Source: Fimicolochytrium jonesii (Eukaryota). From it: a DNA stretch of 64,000 nucleotides. Position 1 is the first letter of the stretch. Each line of letters begins with the position of its first letter. Shown in pieces: positions 1 to 9,878 of this stretch. A program made the translations under genes and the position numbers. Under the pieces are notes generated by a model, which worked only from the letters and a program-made list of their open reading frames with translations, did not search any database and had not been told where the DNA came from. The DNA lies in contig NW_026515687.1 in the NCBI RefSeq assembly GCF_025526975.1, positions 1-64,000 on the forward strand, in the 5' to 3' direction.

Positions 1-3000
1 TTGGACATCTCAAAGTGGCTGGCTAGGGGTGTATCGTGCATGTCGTGGCAGACTTCAGCTCGGAGCTCGTTGGTGGGGACATAGACCAGGTTATCGTGCA
101 GCAGGATCCCATCTTCATCTGAGAACCGCTTGATACGATCTTGGGTTTCCTCAGTTCGTTGGGCAAGGGGTATCTTGAGCTTTTCGCGAATGGTCTTAGC
201 GAGGGGACCAGAGGCCTGGGCGGCCTTAATTGTGGATGCCTGGGAGCGGAACGCTTCTTCCCCCTCTTTTAGCTCATGTTCGTAGCGTCGGGAGAGGGCA
301 TCGGCTTGGTGCTGCTGGGAACCGCGGCGATAGGTAATGACAAAGTCAAAATCCGAGAAGAATATCGACCAGCGGGCTTGGCGGCGGTTCAGGGTGCGGG
401 TGGTCATGAAGTACTGAAGGTTTTTGTGGTCGGAGTAAACGGTGATCTTGTGACGGGCGCCAATGAGATGGTGGCGCCACTGGGCAAAGGAGTCTTGGAT
501 GGCCAGAAGTTCCTTTTCGTAGATCTCGTAGTTGATCTCTTCAGCCGTGAATTTGCAAGAGTGGAAGGCCACGGGGTGGAGCTGGTTGTCCTGGTCAGGT
601 TGGAGGAGACCTGCGCCAAGAGCAAAGTCGGAGGCGTCAGTTTCGACACGAAGGGCTTCTCTGGGTCAGGGTGAGCAAGGATGGGGGCGGTGGTGAATGC
701 TTTCTTCAGGTTCTCAAAGGCGGTGTTTGCGGCGGGTGTCCAGGCGTACGGGATGTCTCTCCGGGTCAGGGCTGTGAGCGGGGTAGCGATCTTGGAATAA
801 CCTTGGATGAATCGGCGATAGAAGTTGGCAAAGCCGAGGAACCGCTGGATGCCTTTGACATTCTTGGGAGATTCCCAATCCGTGATGGCAGCGATCTTCT
901 CGGGGTCCATCTGGATGCCTTTCTTGGAGATGATGAAGCCTAGGAACCCGACGGATTCGCGGTTGAATTCGCACTTCTCTGGTTTGGCGTACAACCCATG
1001 CTGTCGAAGGCGGGACAAGACTTCGCGGACATGTTTGGGGTGATCTTTGGGGTTCTTGGAGAATATCAGGATATCGTCAAGGTAGACGACAACAAACACA
1101 TCGAGAATGTCGCGGAAGATGTTGTTCATCAGGTACTGGAAGACGCCAGGAGCATTGCTGAGTCCAAAGGGCATGACATTGTTTTCGAATAGGCCATAGC
1201 GGCAGCGGAAGGCGGTCTTCCATTCATCGCCCTGGCGCATGCGTAAGAGGTTATAAGCGCCGCGGAGGTTGATCTTGGTGAGACGGCGGGCGCCGCGCAA
1301 ACAATCCATGATACCGTTGATCAGGGGCAGGGGGTAGCAATCCTTCACCGTGATGCTGTTCAGGCCTCGATAATCGACGCAGAGGCGGAGAGAACCGTCC
1401 TTTTTCTTCACGAATAAGACTGGCGCACCGGCAGGGGACTTTGAGGGTTTGATGAATCCTTTGGCGAGGTTTTCTTCGAGGTATTCGCAGAGTGCCTTCA
1501 TTTCTGGTTCGCTGAGGCTGTAGATCGGGCCGAAAGGTGGCTGCTTGCCTTCTTCCAGATCGATTGGACAGTCGTAGGGCCGGTGCTCGGGGAGAGTGTC
1601 AGCATTTCTCTTTTCGAAAGTCTCGATACTCGGGGGGCAGGAAGTCTTTGATGTCTTTCTCGGGTGTCGGGGGGTTACTGGGGCTAGGCGAGGCTGGGAG
1701 ATCGGGTTTCGCAGGGTTGGCGTAGGCAACAAAGACCTGGTCATGCCTTGCTGCGACCTGGAAGGCTGGGGCGGAGATGAACGAGACTCGGAGCGGCGTG
1801 GGAGCCGGTTCTGGGGTGCTGGAGCGAGATACCTTGGGTACTGGAATCGACCATGTTTCGTCGGCGGGGACTTCATCCTGGGGGATGCGGATCAAGGGCT
1901 CGGGGGTTCTGGCGGGTGCTGGGCTCAGGGGTGCTGGAGAGTTGTCCCAATTCGCGAATTCATGGTACAGACAGTCGCAACGGAAACCGACCGAAAGGTT
2001 CTTGAAGTCAAGGTTAATGTCGTGGAGGCGGAGCCAGGGGAGACCAAGGAGGATTGGAGCATGGGGTGATTTGGTGACATGGAAGACGAGTTCTTCGAAG
2101 TGGTTGTCGACCCACATGCCTACTGGTTGGGTGTGATGGGTGATTGGCCCAGCAGAGCTGGGTTGACCGTCAACGAGTTCGATCGTCAGTGGACACTGAT
2201 GCGGGATTAGGGCGATGCGGTGTTTGCGGGCAAAGTCTCTGTCGATGAAGCAGGACAGGGCACCATTGTCGATCATGACGGAGGTAGGTATCGGGGCACG
2301 GGTGGATGATACCATGATGGTAACGGGGTAGTTGAAGGGTTCGGCAGGACCCAGCGCAAGCATGGCGCGTGGGTTAATTTCGGAGTTTTCGACATGAACG
2401 GCGGCTAGGAGGGTTGTGTCGGCTATAACGGAGTCACGAACCAGGGGGGTGGCCTCTCCCGTTGCAGGAGCTGCGAGGTTAGGAGGCCCAGAGGAGTGTG
2501 TGTTGTCCAGTCGCTGGGGCTTTACTGCAGCTGGACCTTGGGAAAACCCTGTTCCGTGGAGGTTTCTTTGATGTCGATGTTGGCGGAACGGGTGGTGGTC
2601 TTGTTCTTGGCCGGGCAGGCCTTTGCAATGTGCCCCGCGCCACCGCAGTAAAGGCAGAGGCTGTTGGAAATGCGGCGTTGGCGTTCCTGAGGGCTCAGAG
2701 GGCCGCGGGGACGAGCGGCGTCAATCTGCATAGGCTCGCTGTGGTCGACAGTGATGGTAGTAGTAAACGAGGTATGGGGAACCGGGAAGGTCTGGCGGCT
2801 TCTGTTTCGCTCCAGGCGGCGCTCAAACAGCCGGTTATTGCACTGGATAGCCTGCTCCATCACCACATCAATGGTGGCCGCAGGGGGCATCGTGAGCATC
2901 AGGTCTTTGACGTCTTCTTTGAGGCCACGGCGGAAGGTAGCAATCAGGGCCTGGTCGTTCCAGGAGACATTGCATTGTAGCTGGCGGAACTCAGCGACGT

Positions 3001-3015
3001 ACTTGTCAACCGCCA
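1..3015 (-). mobile_element. Degenerate Ty3/gypsy LTR retrotransposon internal region (gag-PR-RT-RNaseH-start of integrase), truncated in gag; continues off the left edge
   Basis: Gag with CCHC knuckle CLYCGGAGHIAKAC (2522-3022); aspartic protease region MIDNGA (1599-2363); RT with [31 protein letters not shown] (404-1876); RNase H ETDAS...KELLAI...DHKNL...ADALSR in a shifted frame (~290-645); integrase HHCC-like start at the left edge. Order PR-RT-RH-IN is gypsy type. Frameshifts near 1620 and 647. Confidence 0.96.
2485..2549 (-). promoter_or_regulatory. Putative gag-pol -1 ribosomal frameshift signal (G GGU UUU slippery site plus downstream stem/pseudoknot)
   Basis: Minus strand CAG GGT TTT at 2543-2549 in the gag frame; the -1 frame is open to the protease ORF; GTCCAG...CTGGAC stem starts 6 nt downstream, with CCCAG/CTGGG as a possible second stem. 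Confidence 0.7.
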
Positions 3016-3079
3016 ATGTCAAACGCCAATGTCAATGTCAATGTCAGTGTCAATGTCAGTGTCAATGTCAATCTCAATG
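3005..3079. repeat. (GTCAAT/GTCAGT)n hexamer microsatellite at the gypsy/Crypton junction
   Basis: gtcaaccgccaat gtcaaacgccaat followed by ~8 GTCAAT/GTCAGT/CTCAAT units. Confidence 0.9.
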
Positions 3080-3536
3080 CCACTCCCCCTCTCTCCTCTC
3101 ATTTCGCGAATCCTCCCGCAATATCGCCACTCCTCCTCTCCCCTCTCATTTCGCGAATCCCTCATTCGCCGCTCCTCCTCTACCCTGTCCATCTGTGAGC
3201 CAATCTCCGGCCATTTGTCGACCCCCCCAGTACTTCTTCATAGCCAGCAGCTGTAGCAATGCTCTCTACGCTCGCCACGCACGCTCTAGGAGCATTGCTG
3301 GCGCCCCCCCCCCCCCCCCCAGTCCCCTCTTGTTGTTGTTGCTCTATGGCCTGCTGGGTTGCCTATCGATAAATAGCCGGCCGCTCTTCGTCCATTCCCT
3401 TCCTCCCCAGCAGATCAACACCAGTTCTTCTCATCTCCTGTTCTAGTCCTTGTTTCTTGCTTCGCCAATACAATCTCTTGTCGCCTATCACTCTCGCCTT
3501 CTCTTCTCTACTTCGCTTCCGCCTCAGCCGTCGAGA

Positions 3537-6180
3537 TCATAACAGGCACATAATTACCCCATCCCTAACGAGCAGGTGTTGTCGTCTTTTGAAGCATCTC
3601 CTGATATTGCCCTGATATTGCGCCAAGGATTTGTTGGCCCTTTCTCGCTCTGCATCCATAGCACGAGCAACATCATGACCCCTAAGACCCGTCGCAATCT
3701 GACGGCGCGCGATCTCATCATAGAGCACTTTCCGTCGTTGATAATGCTCTCTATCTGCGGTAGAACTCCGCCAACTAGCACAATATTGCCGATCCAGTTC
3801 CCGATCGGCACGGGCATGACCCCCGCCCGCCTGGGGTACCCCAATGTCATATTCTTGCCACACCTCAGCGACCATGCTGAAATTCCTTTGCATTTTATAG
3901 ATAGGCGGGGAAGGCGGGGAATCAGGCGGGGAAGGCTGCATTGAGCCCTCAGCCAAGGTCTCTGTGGACAGGATATTGGTGTCAGTGGTACTAGGAACAG
4001 ATGCTGATTCATCCACAACAGAGGCGCTCATCACGGCCTGAAGGTTCAACTTGGGTGGTGGCGATGGCATTTTCCGATTCCAAGGCCTCCCTAACCTTCC
4101 GTCCCGCCGGTGACGTTGATAGGTCAGCTATGGCCTTCAGCACACCGCTGATATGGGAAATATGGCCATTACTCTCTTGCATAATGTTCTCCATAGCGCC
4201 GCCGATTGTTGTGGCACATTTGTACATGGCGGTCTTTGCATCTGCGATTGTCTGAGTGATGTTGCCATTGATGTTCTCTTTAACGCCCTCTATGTCTTCC
4301 CTTGTAAGTTGCTTATAGGCCGTGGCTTCCGCCGAGATCTTCAGGCTTTTGACGGTCTACTCAAGATCCGTCATCTTGCTGATAACGGATTGGTTGTTCA
4401 CACGTATAGCAGAGGCAACCAACGGGAGAACATGTTCGATCGATGCAACCGTTGGATCACTTGCGGTTGATACTCTTTCCAGCAGTTTAATCTACAGAAG
4501 CAAAAGGAGTAATCAATTATGTGCCGCGGTTTACTTAGTGAAATGTGCTCTGATCCCATGCATTGAACAACAACAAGGAGAATGTCAGCACATAATTGTG
4601 TATTCACCTGGAACTCCTTAAACTCCGCAGACTTGAAAATCAAATGGGTCCAAATGGGATGTCTTGGATACCGCTTCTGCAAGATAGCCCCGTCCTGAAG
4701 GACGCATTCCCGCAACCGGTGCAGGAGCTTTGCGTGACCTTTAGTGGCAATGTCCTGATGATCATCCTTTGCGCTAGCTGCAAACGGGAAGATCTGATCC
4801 AGTAGGCTTGCCGGCGGCTCCAGATCTCGAGGCAAAAAGTAAGCGCCTCCTTTAGTGGTCCAGCCAGCAGGTGCTCCAGCCGATTCTCGTGGGATATCTT
4901 TATCATAGGCGCCGCGCCGGGCAGACGAATCCCATCCTCCCATCTTGTCTATATCATGATGATTCGCTCCGGCAGCGCTTGCCTCGTGCACTGAAACACC
5001 CTGGGGCACATGTGTCAATTTGGAGACGGTTATACCGCAGACAGCGAACGCCTTGCGATATATGCTCATATGGGCATCAAGGCTGAGCTCTTCATCATCA
5101 CCCTCCCTGCGCTTCCGCTTCCGGCCAGTCGTGGCACTCGCAATGATTGTGTCTTCAGGGAGGTGGCCAGCGACATCCTCAGCTGCTCTCTTGCGCGCCT
5201 TTTTTTTGTCTTTGACCATGTAGTATTTATCATACCAATCCTCCTTATTGGAGAAGTCCGGTGCCGGCTCTCCAAGGATATGATATTGATAGAAGAACAT
5301 CAGAGCAGTGTGTCCCACAGGGCAAAACTCCGCCATCTTATGCCGCATGCATCCCACAGTATCGATGCGCCCAAATTTATTGATTTTGCTTTGCCTGGAT
5401 ATGACAAGCATTCCCCAGGTGGGCATGGGTCCCTCAGGGGTCTCCTGCAGATCCCAAAAGAACAAGCGCGAGAGTTGCAACTGGCAAATAGACTGCCCAC
5501 GCTGCATCAGACAATGCTGCAGCAGGAAACATGTGACGTTGCGTAGGCCGTTGTTGGAGTTCTTCATTGTCCACCAGTGCTCCACAAGTTTCATTTATCG
5601 TTATAGCCGTATTTCTCCAGCTCTGTGCCGATACCACGGTCCACTTTGGAATCGTTCGCGATTCGGAGCTCCGTCTTCGAATAGTTCTTGAGCACGGTTT
5701 GAATCAGACTATTGCAAGGGTGCGGCGCATCTTTCATAACATCGATTATAAATTTCTGTAGATTTTGGAACAACATCAATCATTATGTGCCGCGAATCTA
5801 CATAACAAATGGATGCAGAATGCACTAGAGGCTCCTAAGTAAAGTGCGGCACATAGGCGAATAACACGCACCTGCGAGTCATACAAATCAACCACAGCCT
5901 TCACATATTGTTCCAAGGTAGATCTCTTTATGGGCACAGCGTTCCCTTCGGCGTCCGTCATACCGTTGAGTTTTCCTCTCGGGATGACATGTTCATTCAG
6001 CCAGAGAAGCACTTTGTCGGCATATACGAGGTTATTCGTTCCTCTGGCGGTACACCAGTCATGCCAAATCTTTTGTTTGCCGGAATACGCAATTGTCATA
6101 TTCCTTGGCCTATTGTTTTTGTTTGGGGCCACTTCTTGTTCCTATGAATGTCGGCAGCAAGTTGGACTTCGTGGTCCATG
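3537..6180 (-). pseudogene. Crypton recombinase gene (Ndc10-like tyrosine recombinase + GCR1_C DNA-binding domain), disrupted
   Basis: Segments 5776-6132, 5591-5779, 4398-5594 and 3537-4070; GT-AG introns near 5760-5871 and 4495-4607; frameshifts; in-frame TAG near 4358; catalytic HxxR reads HVPQ. Confidence 0.85.
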
Positions 6181-6312
6181 GCAGTGCCAGCGGGGGCATG
6201 CATGGCACTTGTTGGCAGATGCCAACGAGCGACGCTGGGACCTGCAAAGGTTGATTGCTGGGCTTCTCCTAACATGATGTGTGGTCGCACTCCCTGGCGT
6301 AACGGGAACACA

Positions 6313-6384
6313 CATATTTTGGCTTAGTGGTTAAGACACCTGGCTCTCACCCAGGTGGCGTGGGTTCGATTCCTACCTTCCCCA
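6313..6384 (+). tRNA. tRNA-Glu(CTC)-like pseudo-tRNA / tRNA-derived Pol III unit with unpaired acceptor stem
   Basis: A box TGGCTTAGTGG; anticodon arm CCTGG-CT CTC AC-CCAGG; T arm GTGGG-TTCGATT-CCTAC (B box GGTTCGATTCC); T5 terminator at 6389-6393. The 5' acceptor strand CATATTT cannot pair with 3' CTTCCCC. Confidence 0.75.
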
Positions 6385-6678
6385 AACATTTTTCTCTTCT
6401 TTCTGTGACTGTACCACATCTTCGGGGCATTCCAAGCGATCAGGACAATTCCCTTGACACCCGGTGCGCCACAAACTGGTAGGTGGGGTTCCGAGACAAG
6501 CAAGGGAACCCTCTGCAGCATCCAGGAATGTCGCGCACAATTGGGGTGTGCAGTGTGCAGGTTCTTCGAACAGCTTCTTTGAATGTTGCGTACTTATGTG
6601 CCGAGAAATGTTTGAAAGAACAACATAGGATGGCTGCGAGCGTTTCTCATATATGGAATCGCGGCACATAGTTCCTTT

Positions 6679-6706
6679 CCCTAACCCTAACCCTAACCCT
6701 AACCCT
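6679..6706. repeat. Interstitial telomeric repeat (CCCTAA)4
   Basis: ccctaaccctaaccctaaccctaaccct read directly. Confidence 0.92.
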
Positions 6707-6952
6707 TTCCCCCTTCTCCCCTTTGTTAGTAACATGATGGATCGTATGTTTCATATATACTATAGTCATCAGCCAATTCTGGAAAGTCGGATACATCATG
6801 TATCCCGACCGCCTATCCTATGGGCTGGTCGTGGGCTATTGATGACATACCTCAGTCACAACGGTCCAAAATGTATTTCGGCACGTGACCTGTGACTGGA
6901 CCGGTTGTGACTTGCGGACGCGCTGTGACTTCCGTGACTAACCTACATGTTA

Positions 6953-7155
6953 CAGTAGGCTGGCAGATATCAGGTTACGACGGGTTGTTGAGCCTCCCTG
7001 TGCAACCCCAGATGTCACCGGCCAGCTGTCAGTCCTGCCCTGGGCTAGCGGTCGTGCTGAAAAGATTTGCATGGGGGCCGGCAACTTGAGCCGGTGGCTA
7101 CGCTCGGAATGACGTGTCCTTGGGGCGTCGTAACCTGATATCTGGCAGCCTACTG
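6953..7155. mobile_element. Non-autonomous Tc1/mariner/pogo-type MITE (203 bp)
   Basis: 30-bp TIRs CAGTAGGCTGGCAGATATCAGGTTACGACG (6953-6982) and its reverse complement with 1 mismatch (7126-7155); TA on both sides (6951-6952, 7156-7157); CAGT terminus. Confidence 0.88.
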
Positions 7156-7283
7156 TAAGAGCCGCATTGTTTTATATACCATGTAGAGGTCGAGAAACGG
7201 GTCGCGTTTATCGATAAAGTTGCAGAGATTTCCGTTTCGGTGCCTGACAAGTAGGTAGACGCAATGATATGAAGCAACAGGAG

Positions 7284-7646
7284 ATGGCGAAGCGACCATC
7301 ACTCCCATTGGAGATCCTAGAACGCATTGTTCTACTGGGGCCTTCATTCGAACTCGTGCGTGTGATGGGTTCCCGAGGGCGATATCTAGCTTCTCAGCTC
7401 CTTGATCGTTGCGTGTTTTGGAACGGGGCCTGCGATCCATGCACCTTGTCGCCCACAGTGTTCCTCTGGACCATGTCTCCACCCGCATTTGAGATGGGAT
7501 CGGTTCGCTGGGATGATGTGGCTAGAAATGCTCTCCGCTGGCCGCTAAGTCATCAACGTCAGCTCCTTCAATCGGACAAGATCGGCTGGGCCTTCGAGGA
7601 TGTTCTGGAGCTAGGATACGTCAACTGCCTTCATGTTTGTTACTGA
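7284..7646 (+). CDS. Hypothetical protein with F-box-like N-terminal motif; possibly a fragment or pseudogene
   Basis: MAKRPSLPLEILERIV resembles the F-box start LPxEIxxxI; downstream exon structure unclear. Confidence 0.3.
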   Translation: MAKRPSLPLEILERIVLLGPSFELVRVMGSRGRYLASQLLDRCVFWNGACDPCTLSPTVFLWTMSPPAFEMGSVRWDDVARNALRWPLSHQRQLLQSDKIGWAFEDVLELGYVNCLHVCY

Positions 7647-8176
7647 CCCTTAAGTAACAGTGGTAGCCTCAAGTCTCGAAATGCGTCTCTAAATCTGTCC
7701 GAAAGTCCGTACATGGAAGTCCGTCTAAATCTGTACAGTACGTGGAAGGACACTGCGAGGACGCGTTGAGGATGTCAGCAAACGTAATGGCGTCGGACAG
7801 GGGGTTGCAGTATCGGACAGGACGGCCCTTTGCGCTCTCCCTCCCAGGCGCGTTTGGCAAAACGACGCAGCCTCGCTTGAGACTTGCATTCTTTCCCACC
7901 CTCTCTCCAGTACGTATCTGACCTCGGCGTCGTTGAAGCTCGCCTCTGCAGTACTTCACTCAAGCATCTGCACACCAGCGCTCAGATATCAAGGCACGCT
8001 CGGCGACAACGACCGAGCTTCGCTTGGTGTCGCACAAGGCCACGCCTCGTTTCAGGACCGGAACATCGCCGTCCAAACGTGCATTCCCCTGTTCCCACGA
8101 CGAACTTTCAAGCGCTTCCTGAGTTTGCAGTCCATAGCCTGTTGAGAGACACGGCTTACACTCAAGCGCATTCATA

Positions 8177-9878
8177 ATGCAATACCAGGTGAGTTCGGAC
8201 GCGATGACGGGAATTGGGGACTCTCTAGTTCACGCGATTTCCGACGCCGAATTACTTATACCCTCCTTTTCACCGAATACAGACTAGAAGCAGAGCTGCG
8301 GCGGCTACGAAGGTGTCCGCGCCCGTCGATCAAGACGAAAATTGCGCCCCTAGAGCAGCAGTTCAGGGCAATGCTGTGCAGCCCGCGCGTGCTTTGAAGT
8401 CGAAGGGGTCCGACATTCCTATAGACCTGAAGGCAGGAACCCGCAAGAAGGTTATCGCTCAGCCGGCCAAGGTGGTTGCGTTGACTAGGCAGGCATCTAA
8501 CGCGAAGGAAGTAAGTCAAGAGCCCGTTTGTACCCACGCGCACTTCCAAGGTGCCATACTGATTGTTGCACGCAGGTCAAAGTCCTAGGCGTAACCGTTG
8601 AAGCGGCGTCGATCGAAGGACCGGCTGATCGAGTGCAACCCACAAAGGCTGCCGTAGAAACCATCAAAAAGAGAGCGCTCGCTCCTGCTGGCACCTCCGT
8701 GAAGCTCACCGATGTCAAGCAACCGATCAGGAGAACCATATCACAGCCTGCCGTTGCGGCCAAGAACCTTTTCAAGGAGAACGACGCCAAAGCGTCGGCA
8801 AAAGTCTCAGCCAAGCGTTCCCACAGCGCCCCAGAGGCTCCTACCGCTGTCAAGAAACGAAAGGTTAACACTGGTGTACCAGCTCCCGCTCCTCCTGCTA
8901 AAGACGAAGGATGGGAAGACCTCGACGAGACCGAACGAAGTGATCCCATGATGGTGACGGAGTACGCGAACGACATTTTTGGATACCTGCGCAGACTTGA
9001 GGTGAGCTCTAAACTACTTGTTGACGATGCTGAACATCAGGCGCTGAAAATCAAAGTATATGCAGGCTCGAACGATTCCAAACCCCACGTACCTGAACAG
9101 CGAGGGTCGACGCGATATTAGAGTTCGTGATTACGCCGCTGACATGTTGATCGAAACCCAGAACAAGCTCCACCTCACGGCTGAAACGCTGTTTTTGGCT
9201 ATGAACATTATCGATCGAGTCTTGTCCGTTACACAAGTTACCTTCAGCAAGCTCCCACTTTTGGTCCCCGCGGCACTTCTCATTGCCAGCAAATTCGAGG
9301 AAGTCGGGGCTCCCAGTATATCTAAGTTCGTTTTCGTCACCGGCGACAGTATCATCACGGAAGGGGCGCTTGTGAGCGCCGAACGACACGTTCTTCGTTT
9401 CTTGAACTACGACCTTTCTTACTCCGGACCCATGAACTTCCTTCGACGCATCTCAAAGGCAGACGCATATGACATCCAAACGCGAACCGTAGCCAAGTAC
9501 TTTATGGAAGTTTCTCTTGCTGATCATCGATTTGTGCGCATGAAGCCCTCACTGGTGGCGGCAGCTTCCTTGTGGTTCGCGCGGATGTCCTTCCAGCAGA
9601 AAGGCTGGGTACGTACCACACATGACTACATGCAAGTTCTTCAAATGCTCAAATGAACTGACGCCCAACTTCGACGGCAGGACTCCACATTTGTTCACTA
9701 TTCGGGCTACACTAAGGAAGAGTTCGAAGAATGGAGGGCCCTCATGGTCTCGTACTTGCAGGCCGCTGTCGACAACGGGTTCGACAACCGACCGCTTGAA
9801 CGCAAATACCATTCCAAGAGATACCTCAGAGTCTCGCAGCACGTGCTCGATTGGTATCACGGCTGCACTTCTCGCTAA
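8177..9878 (+). CDS. B-type (G2/M) cyclin, divergent; 5 exons
   Basis: DPMMVTEYANDIFGYLRRLE, ETLFLAMNIIDR, IASKFEE, AERHVLRFLNYDL, PMNFLRRISKADAYDIQTRTVAKY, HYSGY; GT-AG introns ~8189-8282, 8511-8576, 9002-9066, 9609-9680. Confidence 0.92.

Larger units (their letters stand above)
3016..6800 (-). mobile_element. Crypton-type (CryptonF-like) tyrosine-recombinase DNA transposon, degenerate; ends approximate
   Basis: Intron-containing gene with N-terminal domain (RPRNxTIAY...KVLLWL...YVKAVVDLY), DRGxGT motif, Ndc10-like YR domain (RGQS...K.NKFGR...RHK...CPVG...KLTHVPQG...MGGW...AY) and C-terminal GCR1_C domain (YKMQR...VAEVWQEY..G...LDRQY...WR...YQRRK). No LTRs or TIRs seen. Confidence 0.88.

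Noticed and set aside
3005..3165. Short repeats as a possible CRISPR array
   Set aside because: No unique spacers of regular length, eukaryotic context and no cas genes.
276..3446. Plus-strand ORFs over the retrotransposon (e.g. 1596-2069, 2498-2980, 2751-3446 with a QC repeat)
   Set aside because: Antisense shadows of gag/pol; the QCQC run is just the translated GTCAAT microsatellite.
6360..6384. tRNA-complementary sequence as the primer-binding site of the gypsy element
   Set aside because: It is a whole tRNA-like body rather than a 10-18-nt PBS, and no adjacent LTR end or resumed gag was found.
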